A stretch of 64,000 nucleotides of DNA from positions 416,001 through 480,000 of the forward strand of contig CAXXUO010000002.1 in NCBI GenBank assembly GCA_963666485.2, read 5' to 3'. The DNA comes from Syntrophorhabdaceae bacterium. Lineage in GTDB: Bacteria > Desulfobacterota > Syntrophorhabdia > Syntrophorhabdales > Syntrophorhabdaceae. The position numbers and the translations under genes are program-made. Shown in pieces: positions 42,003 through 51,957 of this stretch. The notes under the pieces are model-generated. The model did not search any database. It had not been told where the DNA came from and saw only the letters and a program-made list of their open reading frames with translations. Within the stretch, counting starts at the first letter, position 1. Every line of letters starts with the position of its first letter.

Positions 42003-42705
42003 TCACAACGCGATCAGAGACGTCATAGCAACCCACCCCCAAAAGGCACGAAGGCTCCTTATCAGGCAGGGACACGAAAAGAACTCCCAGGACCTTATCG
42101 ATGAGGCCCGCAGACAGGGGGTTCAATTCCGCATAGTGCCCGGGGACGCCTTTACCAAGAAATGCGGCACGTCCCGGTCCCACATGTGCCTGGAATGTGA
42201 CGATTTCCAATACGCGGACCAGGACGGTCTCCTGAAAAGGCTCCATTCGATGGATTCCCCGTTCATAAGTGCGTTTGACGGGGTGAAGGACCCTCAAAAC
42301 CTCGGCAATATCGTCAGGACATCCGTATGCCTTGGGGTCGACGCCATCGTTATCCCCAAGGACCGTTCGTGCACGGTGAACGAGACGGTCACCAATGTTT
42401 CACGGGGCGCCGTTGAATTTGCCAAGGTAGTCAGGGTGACCAACCTTGCCCGTTACCTCGATTCTTTGAAAAAGATCGGGATATTCTGCTATGGACTCGA
42501 CGAACACGCCCGCACCGTACTCTGGGAGATCGATCTCAAAGGGCCGGTCTGCCTCGTCATGGGCGGTGAGGAAGGCTTGCGTCGCCTCACGAGGGAAACA
42601 TGCGATGATGTTGTCAGGATACCCACAAATCCCTCCTTTTCATCCCTCAATGTTGCCACGGCATACGCCATTGCAGCCTACGAAGTGATGAAGCGCAGAA
42701 AGTGA
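41974..42705 (+). CDS. rlmB: 23S rRNA (G2251) 2'-O-methyltransferase, TrmH/SpoU family
   Basis: DGVKDPQNLGNIVR, MGGEEGLRRL, IP....SSLNVA. Confidence 0.88.
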   Translation: MIYGMPFLFNHNAIRDVIATHPQKARRLLIRQGHEKNSQDLIDEARRQGVQFRIVPGDAFTKKCGTSRSHMCLECDDFQYADQDGLLKRLHSMDSPFISAFDGVKDPQNLGNIVRTSVCLGVDAIVIPKDRSCTVNETVTNVSRGAVEFAKVVRVTNLARYLDSLKKIGIFCYGLDEHARTVLWEIDLKGPVCLVMGGEEGLRRLTRETCDDVVRIPTNPSFSSLNVATAYAIAAYEVMKRRK

Positions 42706-42747
42706 CGGCCGGGTATAAATCCGGCCCCGCGTTCTTATATTATCCTT

Positions 42748-44088
42748 ATGCATTATAAGAATATTTTCCATGACAGGGAAATAAGGCGGTTCATTTCGGA
42801 AAGCTGGTCGGTCAGCGCACCGATGACCCTGATCATGATCTTTGAATTCTTTATCGGCATAACGGACATTTACATTGCGGGAAAGATCAGCAAAGAGGTT
42901 CAGGCCACATACGGCTTCGTTATTCAGCTCTATTTCATCTTCATCATAATAGCCAACGCACTGACGACCGGTACAGTGTCGGTGATATCACGGCTTTTCA
43001 GCTCCGGGGACGCGAAAGAACTTGGGAGGGCGACCTTTTCGATACTCATGGTCGCGGCATGCGCGGGGCTCTTGTTCGGCATATCAGGGATCATATTCAC
43101 GCCGCACCTGATAAAAATAGTGAGGATACCCGAGGAGCTCAAACCCGTCGGTATCCCGCTTGCGCAGATATATGCGACAGGATTGATATTTCATTATCTC
43201 CTGATAAATACGAACGGCATCCTGCGTTCCTGTAAAAAGATCCGGTCATCGCTCGGGACGATGGCCATCGTCTGCGTCGCGAACATAGCGCTTAATTTCG
43301 CCATTGTCTTCCACACGTCGATAGGGTACAAAGGTATCGCGCTGTCTACCGCCTTGAGTTCGGTCCTCGGCTGCCTCATCAACCTTTATCATGTCCGCCC
43401 GTTCGTGCAGCGAATGTACGCAAAATTTTCAGCATTTCACGTAAAAAATATCATGCACATCAGCTGGCCCTTCGGTTTGAGCCAGGCACTCTGGCAATTA
43501 CATTCAATGGTGCTGTACCTTATCCTGAGTTCCCTGCCGCAAAAAAGCATCGAGGTCCTGGCTGCTTTCTCAGCAGGAATGCGGATAGAATCGGCAGCAT
43601 TCCTGCCGGCCATAGCATTTCACATGGCCAATGCGGTGATAACCGGCAACCTGATCGGGGAAAAAAGAGACCATGATGCCTTCAGGGCCGGCATCATTAC
43701 CGCCCTGATGGGACTTGGCATTGTCATTGCGATCGCTGTGATCGTCGTTATCGCCGCCCCGTTCATCGCGGGGGTGCTTTCCAAGAATCCGGTTGTGGTG
43801 CGGGAAACCATGACGTATCTCTACATCAATATGGTCGGGGAACCGTTCATGGCCATCTGGATCATTCTGGCGGGCGCCCTGAGCGGTGCCGGGGATACGA
43901 GGAGCATCATGTTCATACTGGTCCTGTGCACGTGGCTCATACGGATCCCGCTGTGCTACATCCTGGTGGTCATCCTCAAATTCGATGCATTTGCGGTGTG
44001 GTGGGCAATGGACCTTTCGCAGTTCGCGGCTTCTATATTAATGGTCAGGAAATATGTAAGCAGAAATTGGCTTCCCGGCGGCGCTTAA
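42748..44088 (+). CDS. MATE family efflux transporter
   Basis: About 12 TM helices; D.YIAGK, GALSGAGDT, IRIPL. Confidence 0.9.
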   Translation: MHYKNIFHDREIRRFISESWSVSAPMTLIMIFEFFIGITDIYIAGKISKEVQATYGFVIQLYFIFIIIANALTTGTVSVISRLFSSGDAKELGRATFSILMVAACAGLLFGISGIIFTPHLIKIVRIPEELKPVGIPLAQIYATGLIFHYLLINTNGILRSCKKIRSSLGTMAIVCVANIALNFAIVFHTSIGYKGIALSTALSSVLGCLINLYHVRPFVQRMYAKFSAFHVKNIMHISWPFGLSQALWQLHSMVLYLILSSLPQKSIEVLAAFSAGMRIESAAFLPAIAFHMANAVITGNLIGEKRDHDAFRAGIITALMGLGIVIAIAVIVVIAAPFIAGVLSKNPVVVRETMTYLYINMVGEPFMAIWIILAGALSGAGDTRSIMFILVLCTWLIRIPLCYILVVILKFDAFAVWWAMDLSQFAASILMVRKYVSRNWLPGGA

Positions 44089-44099
44089 GACGATACCGG

Positions 44100-44672
44100 T
44101 TAGAAATTCGTCTTGAACCTGAAACGCCATCCGTCATCCCGTGATTCGGTGTTCCTGTTGTCCTTGTTCTCGACGACCACCCCTCTTCCGAGGAGCATCT
44201 CGCTCGATTCGGACACTTTTACACCGACACCATAATCGGCCCTGGTCTCCCTCACGGGCGCGGGGGCAACCCCCTTCCTGCTTTCCACGTTCTCCAGGCG
44301 TTCAACGGCGAGATGGGGACCGGAACCTGCCGGCGCGGATTCTTTAACAGGTTTTTCCATTTCGTCGACAACTTCCAACACGTACACGGTGCCTTTATCC
44401 TTGGTCGTCACCGGCTTCATGCGGACCTGGCTGGCTTTGTCGGGTTTCGCATCGCGCGTCACCACGCGATAGCCTGTACCGTCATATTCGAGAAAACCAT
44501 GGGGATTTTTGACGACTGTCTTTGACGTGCCGGAAGGTCCTTTGTCGGGCACGGTCTCTACGGTTATGCTTTTGTTCGCTTCCGGTTCGGCGGCCGTCGA
44601 CGGGCCGGGTCCGAAGAATAACGCAACGGTAAAAACGAAAAGATAGAAGAGGACCTTTTTCCAAGTGTCCAT
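44100..44672 (-). CDS. Secreted/outer-membrane hypothetical protein
   Basis: Signal peptide; C-terminal beta-strand GWRFRFKTNF ending in Phe. Confidence 0.7.
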   Translation of the reverse strand: MDTWKKVLFYLFVFTVALFFGPGPSTAAEPEANKSITVETVPDKGPSGTSKTVVKNPHGFLEYDGTGYRVVTRDAKPDKASQVRMKPVTTKDKGTVYVLEVVDEMEKPVKESAPAGSGPHLAVERLENVESRKGVAPAPVRETRADYGVGVKVSESSEMLLGRGVVVENKDNRNTESRDDGWRFRFKTNF

Positions 44673-44730
44673 GCTATGAGTATAATGACAAGTTGAAAAA
44701 AATGCCAACTTTTTGTATGCTTAACCTTCC

Positions 44731-46188
44731 ATGATAGACATAGTTTTTTACAGTACGAACAATCCGGGTGAACGTGTCGATTTCCAGACGGCGCTCCTTG
44801 CCGGAATGGCCTCGCGGTACGGCCTCTACATGATCGATCGCAAGGACATCCCGGTTATGTCCCGGGATGAGATAGATGCCCTCAAGGGAAAGCCCTACGC
44901 CGGGATCGCCTATGCGGTCCTCGAGCCTTTCCTCGGAGGCGAGATCCCGCCCGTCACGCTGAAGGGTATCCTGGATGATGCTTACGATGCCGAAAAGATA
45001 CCGACCCTCGTGCAGCATGTGACGGGAAAAACATATATAATGTGGCTCACCCGGGGGCCGACATATTCCTTCAAGGATTATGCGGCACGATTTTTCGGCA
45101 GGGTCCTGAATTATTTCCTGGGAGAAAGGGGATTGCGCAGGGTCGTGATCGTCGCCACAAGCGGCGATACCGGGGGGGCCGTGGCTGACGCCCTTCTCGG
45201 CCTCGATAATATCGATAATATCGTCTTCTATCCGAAGGGTTCCATCAGTGAAGGTCAAAGACGTCAAATGACAACGCTGGGGAAAAATGTCCACGCCTTC
45301 GAGGTGAACGGCGATTTTGACGTATGCCAGGCGCTCGCGAAGAACATCCTTGGCGACAGGGAATTCGCGATAAAGCTTTTTAACGATCCCGAACGGTTCA
45401 CGTCGGCAAATTCCATCAGTGTCGGCAGACTGCTTCCCCAGGCCGTTTATCCTTTCTACGCATATTCGCAGATCGAAACAGACGGCCAACCGTTCATAGC
45501 GAGCATTCCATCGGGAAATTTCGGAAACATGATGGGTACCGTCATAGCACGCCAGATGGGCCTTCCCGTCGAAAAGATCATATGCGGGGTCAACGAGAAC
45601 AGGGAGTTCCCCGAATTTCTCTCGTGCGGGACATACACGGTACGGCCTTCCATAAAGTCGCCTTCGTCCGCGATGATCGTTTCCCATCCGAGCAATCTTG
45701 CGCGCCTGATAGATTTCTACGGGGGCCATATTTTCGATGAACGGGACGACACCACCGGAAATGTCGTCAGACCGGGCGTGATCGACCGCATGCCCGACAT
45801 CGATGCGATGCGGCAGGACATCTGTTCACTCGGAATATCCAACGAAAAGCATTTCGCAACGATGAAGGCAGTGTACGATCGGTACGGCATCATTCTCGAT
45901 CCCCACGGGGCCGTAGGCTGGGCAACCCTGGAACAATACCTCGAAGGGAAACATGACAGGCCGGCCGTCGTTTACGAAACGGCAGACCCGGGGAAGTTCC
46001 CGGATGACGTCAACACTGCCATACATATCACCCCGGAATTACCCCCCGGCATGAAGAAGCAGGCCGGTCTCCCGGAGAGGATATACAGCATACAGGCACC
46101 ACCCGGGCATACAGCGGGAGGGCTTACCCTGTCCGCGGACCAGATAAGGGAAGCCAGGGAGAAGATCCAGGAGATATATTCCCGGTAG
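44731..46188 (+). CDS. thrC: Threonine synthase
   Basis: GPTYSFKD PLP lysine, ATSGDTGGA, SANSISVGRL, PSGNFGN, DPHGAV, TADPGKF. Confidence 0.95.
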   Translation: MIDIVFYSTNNPGERVDFQTALLAGMASRYGLYMIDRKDIPVMSRDEIDALKGKPYAGIAYAVLEPFLGGEIPPVTLKGILDDAYDAEKIPTLVQHVTGKTYIMWLTRGPTYSFKDYAARFFGRVLNYFLGERGLRRVVIVATSGDTGGAVADALLGLDNIDNIVFYPKGSISEGQRRQMTTLGKNVHAFEVNGDFDVCQALAKNILGDREFAIKLFNDPERFTSANSISVGRLLPQAVYPFYAYSQIETDGQPFIASIPSGNFGNMMGTVIARQMGLPVEKIICGVNENREFPEFLSCGTYTVRPSIKSPSSAMIVSHPSNLARLIDFYGGHIFDERDDTTGNVVRPGVIDRMPDIDAMRQDICSLGISNEKHFATMKAVYDRYGIILDPHGAVGWATLEQYLEGKHDRPAVVYETADPGKFPDDVNTAIHITPELPPGMKKQAGLPERIYSIQAPPGHTAGGLTLSADQIREAREKIQEIYSR

Positions 46189-46249
46189 GTCCCGGAGCGG
46201 AAGGTCTCAGTTGAACACAGGTTTTTTTACCCTGACAGACAACCGGAAA

Positions 46250-46645
46250 GTGCGACCCTATGCGGCGCTGATATTCGTGCTGTTGTATATGGCGACAGCG
46301 GGGTGCTTCTTTCCCGGGGCGATCGAGGACCTGGACGTGAAGCAGGTGGAATCGATCCTGAAGAGTGAAAAAAAAACCGTCATTATCGATAACCGGACCG
46401 AGATAGAATTTTCTTCCGGTCACATTCCCGGCTCTTTTAACATCCCCCTGCAGAATATCCCCGTCATAACGTCATTTTTGCCTTCCGACAAGGGCACGCC
46501 CTTGATATTTTACTGCGGGGGCTATAGCTGATCCCCGAGCCTCAAGGCCGCGGTCGCGGCAAAACAGGCAGGCTACACCAACGTGAGAACATTCCTCGCC
46601 GGGTACCCGGCCTGGATCAAAAAGGGTAATCCCATCGAGAAGTAA
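46250..46645 (+). CDS. Rhodanese-domain lipoprotein, predicted selenoprotein (TGA 46529-46531)
   Basis: Lipobox ATAG-C; IDNR..EF..GHIPGS.NIP; IFYCGGYS-TGA-SPSLKAAVAAKQAGYTNVRTFLAGYPAWIKKGNPIEK-TAA. The read-through part is the normal rhodanese C-terminus. Start uncertain (46211 or 46250). Confidence 0.88.
46539..46569 (+). promoter_or_regulatory. Candidate bacterial SECIS element of the rhodanese gene
   Basis: Stem GCCGC/GCGGC with loop GGTC starting 21 nt after the UGA; lower GCCT/AGGC pairing. Confidence 0.7.
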
Positions 46646-46668
46646 AAGCCCCGAAACGCTCGGTCTTT

Positions 46669-46694
46669 AACGTGGAACGTGGAACGTGGAACCT
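46669..46694 (+). repeat. Heptamer array (AACGTGG)n
   Basis: aacgtgg x3 then aacc. Confidence 0.75.
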
Positions 46695-46706
46695 TTGTTG
46701 CTCCGG

Positions 46707-46735
46707 TTGACACATTGACATTCCTGTCCTAGAAT
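46707..46735 (+). promoter_or_regulatory. Sigma70 promoter of zur-znuACB
   Basis: TTGACA-N17-TAGAAT. Confidence 0.75.
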
Positions 46736-46758
46736 AAATGAAAATAATTTTCATTTAT
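46734..46758. promoter_or_regulatory. Zur/Fur box
   Basis: Perfect 12-1-12 palindrome ATAAATGAAAAT-A-ATTTTCATTTAT overlapping the -10, predicted TSS and ATG. Confidence 0.85.
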
Positions 46759-47197
46759 GAACATGGACAATCACACCCGGATACTTAAGCAACTCGACCT
46801 CAAGGCAACGCCGAAAAGGCTTGCCATACTCGATATTCTCTCCGGTGAACAGATCTATCTGAGCCCCGAAGAGGTATGGATGAGACTTAAAAAGCGTTTC
46901 TCGGCTATCGGCCTTCCCACCGTTTACCGGAATCTCGAAGAAATGGCCAATGGCGGGATCATATTCAAGGTTATCCATCCCGACCGCAAGCTTTATTATT
47001 TTTACTGCAGCAACAGCGCGCATCACCACCATTTTGTCTGCACGGCGTGCAGGAAGGTTGATGATCTCTCGAGCTGCGGATTCGAGGAAATAGAGAAAGA
47101 GGTATCGGAGTGCCTGAACGGGACTGTTTCGTCGCACATCATGCAGGTGTTCGGAACATGCAGCCAGTGTTCTCCTGGAAAGAAGGCGGTCCAATGA
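46757..47197 (+). CDS. zur: Fur-family regulator, probably Zur
   Basis: KATPKRLAIL, TVYRNL, HHHHFVCTAC, CSQC; heads a Zn ABC operon. Confidence 0.88.
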   Translation: MNMDNHTRILKQLDLKATPKRLAILDILSGEQIYLSPEEVWMRLKKRFSAIGLPTVYRNLEEMANGGIIFKVIHPDRKLYYFYCSNSAHHHHFVCTACRKVDDLSSCGFEEIEKEVSECLNGTVSSHIMQVFGTCSQCSPGKKAVQ

Positions 47198-48141
47198 GGT
47201 ACGTCCGGTATTCTTGTATGGTTTTCCTGATCATGCTCATCCTCATCGGCCTCTTTTCGTGCGGGCAGGAACGGCCCCCGGGGGGGAAAGGGATTATCGT
47301 TGTTACAACTCTCTTCCCGATCTATGATTTTACCCGGTCAATCGCTGATAAGAAAGTGGACGTCATCCTCCTGCTCCCGCCCGGGGTCGAAGCACACGCA
47401 TTCGAGCCAAAACCGGCGGATATCATCAAGGTCGACAGGGCCGATCTCTTTATTTATACCGGGAAATATATGGAACCATGGGCGCAGGATATTCTGAAAT
47501 CGACGACCAGCAAGAAGCTTTCCGTGGTTGACGCAAGTACCGGTATCAAGCTTGCAGCGCTTGGACCGGATTACCACGATGAAGGACCCGGGGACGGACA
47601 TGGCCACACGTCATACGATCCCCACATCTGGCTGGATTTCGGGAATGCGGCGAAAATGGTGGATACGATCAGGGACGGGCTGTGCCAGGCCGATCCGGCC
47701 AATTGTGCTCTTTACCGGACAAATGCCGGGAATTACAAAGAAAAGCTTTCCGACCTCGACAAAAGGTACAGCTACTCACTTGCGCGTTGCAAGAAACGGA
47801 CGTTGATCCATGGCGGCCATTTCGCCTTTGGTTACCTTGCCCGGCGATATGGTCTCGAGTATGTCAGCGCGTACGAAGGCTCCCCCAATTCCGAGCCGAC
47901 CGCGCGAAAGATGATCACCCTCCAGAAAATGATCAAGGAAAAGGATATCCATTACATCTTCTATGAGGAGCTTCTCAACCCGAAGGTGTCAGAGGTCATA
48001 GCCAGGGAAACCGGGGCCAAACTCCTCAAACTCAACGGGGCGCACAACATTACCCGGGATGAATTCAACAAAGGGGTCACCTTCCTCTCTCTCATGGACG
48101 ATAACCTCGCGAACCTCACAATAGGTCTTGAATGCAGATAA
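47194..48141 (+). CDS. znuA: Zinc ABC transporter substrate-binding lipoprotein
   Basis: LFSC lipobox, EAHAFEP, His-rich loop, DPHIWLD, HFAFGYLARRYGL. Confidence 0.92.
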   Translation: MRYVRYSCMVFLIMLILIGLFSCGQERPPGGKGIIVVTTLFPIYDFTRSIADKKVDVILLLPPGVEAHAFEPKPADIIKVDRADLFIYTGKYMEPWAQDILKSTTSKKLSVVDASTGIKLAALGPDYHDEGPGDGHGHTSYDPHIWLDFGNAAKMVDTIRDGLCQADPANCALYRTNAGNYKEKLSDLDKRYSYSLARCKKRTLIHGGHFAFGYLARRYGLEYVSAYEGSPNSEPTARKMITLQKMIKEKDIHYIFYEELLNPKVSEVIARETGAKLLKLNGAHNITRDEFNKGVTFLSLMDDNLANLTIGLECR

Positions 48142-48929
48142 AGGATGCGGTAACGACCAAAGGGTTATGTTTCGGCTTTAACGGGATAGAGATCCTGAAA
48201 GACATCACTTTTACCCTGGAACGGGGTGCATTTCTCGGGATCGTGGGCCCGAACGGTTCCGGCAAGACAACCCTGATCAAGCTCCTGCTTGGCCTCATAC
48301 CGCCCACGCGGGGAAGCGTCGCCTTGTTTGGCCAGGATATAGGGGCTTTTCATGCCTGGTCGAAGATCGGGTACCTGCCGCAAAAAATAACGGGTTTCAA
48401 CCCCCATTTCCCTGCTACGGTCGCAGAGGTCGTGGCCCTGGGGCTGCTCGCCGGCAAGTCCTTCCCGCGCAGGAAAGCGCGGGCTGATCAAAGATCGGTA
48501 GAAGACGTTCTGGAACTCATGGACATAAAAACCATCAGGAACAAGCTCATCGGGGAACTCTCCGGCGGCCAGCAGCAGCGGGTCCTGATCGCAAAGGCGC
48601 TCGTCGCGTCCCCCGAATTGCTCATCCTGGACGAACCAACGACGGCCCTCGATCCCGAAAGCCGGGAGAGGTTCTTTGCAACCCTGAAGGATGTTAACGG
48701 GCGCAAAGACACGACCATCATTATGATAACCCATGACGTCGGGACGATAGGCCGGCATGCATCGCTGATGCTGTATCTCGACAAAACCGTTGTTTTTTAC
48801 GGCGGGTTCGACGATTTCTGCATGTCCCCTGAAATGACCGATTATTTTGGAGAACATTCCCAACACCTTATCTGCCACAGGCACGAGGATGTAATAACAC
48901 GTATTAAGGACCTTCACGATGCTCCCTGA
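48132..48929 (+). CDS. znuC: Zinc ABC transporter ATPase
   Basis: GPNGSGKTT, LSGGQQQR, LDEPT, ITHD; C-terminal His/Cys. Confidence 0.92.
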   Translation: MQIKDAVTTKGLCFGFNGIEILKDITFTLERGAFLGIVGPNGSGKTTLIKLLLGLIPPTRGSVALFGQDIGAFHAWSKIGYLPQKITGFNPHFPATVAEVVALGLLAGKSFPRRKARADQRSVEDVLELMDIKTIRNKLIGELSGGQQQRVLIAKALVASPELLILDEPTTALDPESRERFFATLKDVNGRKDTTIIMITHDVGTIGRHASLMLYLDKTVVFYGGFDDFCMSPEMTDYFGEHSQHLICHRHEDVITRIKDLHDAP

Positions 48930-49032
48930 TATACCGCACAAAAAATATGCATATCAGGCTGCTTCGTAGGACATTGTGTGCACAAGATGAAAGAAGAAAT
49001 GACACTGAATAACACGAGGAAGGGGAAGAACC

Positions 49033-49863
49033 GTGGAGATGCTTGAGTTCTTCCAGCACGGTTTCATCCAGCGGGCACTTCTGGCCGGATGCTTTATAGC
49101 GGCTTTGTGCTCAACCCTCGGGACTTTCTTGGTGCTTCGCAGACTGTCGCTGATCGGGGACGGCCTCGCACATGTCACGTTCGGCGGGGTCGCGGCCGGC
49201 CTGCTGTTTCAAACCTACCCGTTCTATGTCGCAATCCCTGTCGTCATGGCGAGCGCGCTCGGCATCCTGAAGCTGATCGACAAGGCCCGGCTTTACGGCG
49301 ATGCGGCGATCGGCATCATCTCTTCGCTCGGCATAGCCGGCGGCGTGCTGATAGCAAGCATGGCCGGCGGCTTCAACGTGGACCTTTTCAGCTACCTGTT
49401 CGGCAATATCCTCGCAATAAGCACGGCCGAGGTGTGGACTTCGATCATCCTCTGTCTCTGCCTTATTGTGGCGATCACCCTCTTCTACCATGAACTGGTC
49501 GCCATCTCCTTTGACGAAGAATCCGCACGCGCATCGGGTATCAGAACGGCGCACATCAACAGGGTCCTGGTCCTGCTGACCGCCCTGACCGTGGTCCTTG
49601 CGATGAAAGTTGTCGGCATAATGCTCGTGTCCTCCCTGCTCATACTGCCATCCGTCACGGCGCTGCAATTCTCCCGGGGATTCAGGGCGACTATCGTGAT
49701 CTCGTGCCTGACGGGGATAATGTCAGTGATATCAGGCATTATCATATCCTTTATGCTCGATATCCCTTCCGGGGCCACGATAGTCCTCCTCAATTTCCTA
49801 GTCTTCATTGTCTCGTTCGCTTCGGTCCGTATCTTCCGGAAAAAACCTGTCCAAATGGCATGA
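49033..49863 (+). CDS. znuB: Zinc ABC transporter permease
   Basis: LRRLSLIGDGLAH, YLFGNIL, FDEESA, VGIMLVSSLL. Confidence 0.92.
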   Translation: MEMLEFFQHGFIQRALLAGCFIAALCSTLGTFLVLRRLSLIGDGLAHVTFGGVAAGLLFQTYPFYVAIPVVMASALGILKLIDKARLYGDAAIGIISSLGIAGGVLIASMAGGFNVDLFSYLFGNILAISTAEVWTSIILCLCLIVAITLFYHELVAISFDEESARASGIRTAHINRVLVLLTALTVVLAMKVVGIMLVSSLLILPSVTALQFSRGFRATIVISCLTGIMSVISGIIISFMLDIPSGATIVLLNFLVFIVSFASVRIFRKKPVQMA

Positions 49864-49951
49864 CAGGACGTGATACCGGGGCTTCAATTCCGGTCGCTTA
49901 CAATCTCAACTTTTCGCCGGAAAATCTTGAAAAAAAAGATGCTTCCCGCCG

Positions 49952-49980
49952 TTGACAACGTAAAACTGCATCCTTATATT
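49952..49980 (+). promoter_or_regulatory. dnaK-lon promoter (TTGACA-N17-TATATT)
   Basis: GTTGACAA...TCCTTATATTA, matching the groES promoter. Confidence 0.65.
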
Positions 49981-50014
49981 ACGCTAGACGCGAAAAAATC
50001 AGGAGGACACCAAA

Positions 50015-51940
50015 ATGGCGAGAAAAGTGATAGGAATAGACCTGGGCACCACAAATTCAGTGGTTGCCGTTATGGAGGGAGGCGAACCCAAGGTCATTAT
50101 AAATGAAGAGGGCAGCCGGCTTACGCCGAGTGTCGTGGCATTCACAAAGGAAGGCGAAGTACTGGTTGGCCAGACAGCCAAACGACAGGCGATAACAAAC
50201 CCTGAGAACACGATATTTTCAATCAAACGGTTCGTCGGAAGACGTTTCAGTGAAGTGCAGGAAGAGATTAAGACAGTGCCATACAAAGTAGTCGGGGACC
50301 AGGAAGGCAATGTCCGCGTAGATGTCCGGGGCAAACAGTACACCCCCCAGGAAATTTCAGCATTCGTACTCCAGAAATTGAGAAAGTCCGCGGAGGCATA
50401 CCTCGGCCAGCAGATCGATGATGCTGTCATTACCGTTCCAGCATACTTCAATGACTCGCAGAGACAGGCAACGAAGGATGCGGGCAGGATCGCGGGCCTG
50501 AACGTGCTCAGGATCATCAACGAGCCGACAGCATCGGCCCTTGCGTACGGGCTCGACAAGAAGAAGGATGAAACCATAGCCGTATACGATTTCGGCGGCG
50601 GGACATTCGATATTTCTATTCTCGAGGTCGGCGACAATGTCGTCGAGGTCAAATCGACGAACGGCGACACCCACCTTGGTGGTGATGACATAGACCAGAG
50701 GGTAATAGACTGGATCGTTTCCGAGTTCCGCAAGGACCAGGGGATCGATCTTTCCAAGGACAGGATGGCGCTGCAGAGGCTCAAAGAAGCGGCTGAGCGT
50801 GCAAAGATCGAGCTCTCGACAACGATCGAGACAGAGATCAACCTGCCCTTTATAACGGCGGATGCCTCGGGCCCGAAACACCTCAACCTGAAGTTAAGAA
50901 GGGCCGAGCTCGAACAGCTGGCAGACGATCTCTTTCAGAGGAGCGTTGAACCATGCAGGCGTGCCCTCAATGACGCCAAGATCCCGACAAACAAGATCGA
51001 CGAAGTGGTCCTCGTCGGCGGGTCCACAAGGATCCCGAAGGTCCAGGACATCGTGAAGGAGTTCTTTGGCAAGGAACCACATCGCGGCGTGAACCCGGAC
51101 GAGGTCGTTGCACTTGGTGCGGCCGTCCAGGCAGGTGTCCTTGCGGGCGAGGTGAAGGACGTCCTTCTTCTCGACGTCACCCCTCTTTCACTTGGCATCG
51201 AGACCTTAGGCGGCGTGCTGACCCGGATCATCGAACGGAATACAACGATCCCGACGAAGAAGAGCCAGGTTTTCACAACGGCGGAAGACTCACAGACCAG
51301 CGTCGAGATCCACGTGCTCCAGGGAGAGCGGGAAATGGCGCGGGACAACCGGACCTTAGGGCGGTTCCACCTTATCGGCCTGCCCCCGGCACCGCGCGGC
51401 ATACCGCAGATCGAGGTCACGTTCGACATCGACGCCAACGGGATACTTCACGTATCCGCGAAGGACACGGCAACCGGCAAGGAGCAGAGCATCCGTATAA
51501 CCGCCTCCACGGGCCTGTCCGAAGAGGACATCCAGAAAATGGTGCGCGATTCCGATGCCCACGCCGAGGAAGACCGGAAGAGAAAACAGGAGGTCGAGCA
51601 GCGCAACCAGCTCGACAACATAATTTATACAACCGAGAAAACGCTCAACGAGAACAAGGACAAACTGTCCGCTGAAGATATACGGACGGTCGAAGATCTT
51701 CTGAGCCCCGCAAAAGACGCGCTGAAGAGCGGCGATGCCGACCGGATCAAGAGGGCGGCCGACGATCTGACGAAAGCGTCACATCACCTTGCGGAAACCC
51801 TCTACAAGAAAACGTCCCAGGCTTCACAGGGAGCCCCCGGGCAGGACGGCGGACAACAGTACCAGCAGGCGCAGCAGCCCGGCGGCGGCAAGCGTGATGA
51901 TGACGTCGTTGACGCGGAATTCGAGGATGTGAAGAGATAG
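50015..51940 (+). CDS. dnaK: Chaperone DnaK
   Basis: [33 protein letters not shown]. Confidence 0.99.
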   Translation: MARKVIGIDLGTTNSVVAVMEGGEPKVIINEEGSRLTPSVVAFTKEGEVLVGQTAKRQAITNPENTIFSIKRFVGRRFSEVQEEIKTVPYKVVGDQEGNVRVDVRGKQYTPQEISAFVLQKLRKSAEAYLGQQIDDAVITVPAYFNDSQRQATKDAGRIAGLNVLRIINEPTASALAYGLDKKKDETIAVYDFGGGTFDISILEVGDNVVEVKSTNGDTHLGGDDIDQRVIDWIVSEFRKDQGIDLSKDRMALQRLKEAAERAKIELSTTIETEINLPFITADASGPKHLNLKLRRAELEQLADDLFQRSVEPCRRALNDAKIPTNKIDEVVLVGGSTRIPKVQDIVKEFFGKEPHRGVNPDEVVALGAAVQAGVLAGEVKDVLLLDVTPLSLGIETLGGVLTRIIERNTTIPTKKSQVFTTAEDSQTSVEIHVLQGEREMARDNRTLGRFHLIGLPPAPRGIPQIEVTFDIDANGILHVSAKDTATGKEQSIRITASTGLSEEDIQKMVRDSDAHAEEDRKRKQEVEQRNQLDNIIYTTEKTLNENKDKLSAEDIRTVEDLLSPAKDALKSGDADRIKRAADDLTKASHHLAETLYKKTSQASQGAPGQDGGQQYQQAQQPGGGKRDDDVVDAEFEDVKR

Positions 51941-51957
51941 ACCAGGGGGAATTATTA

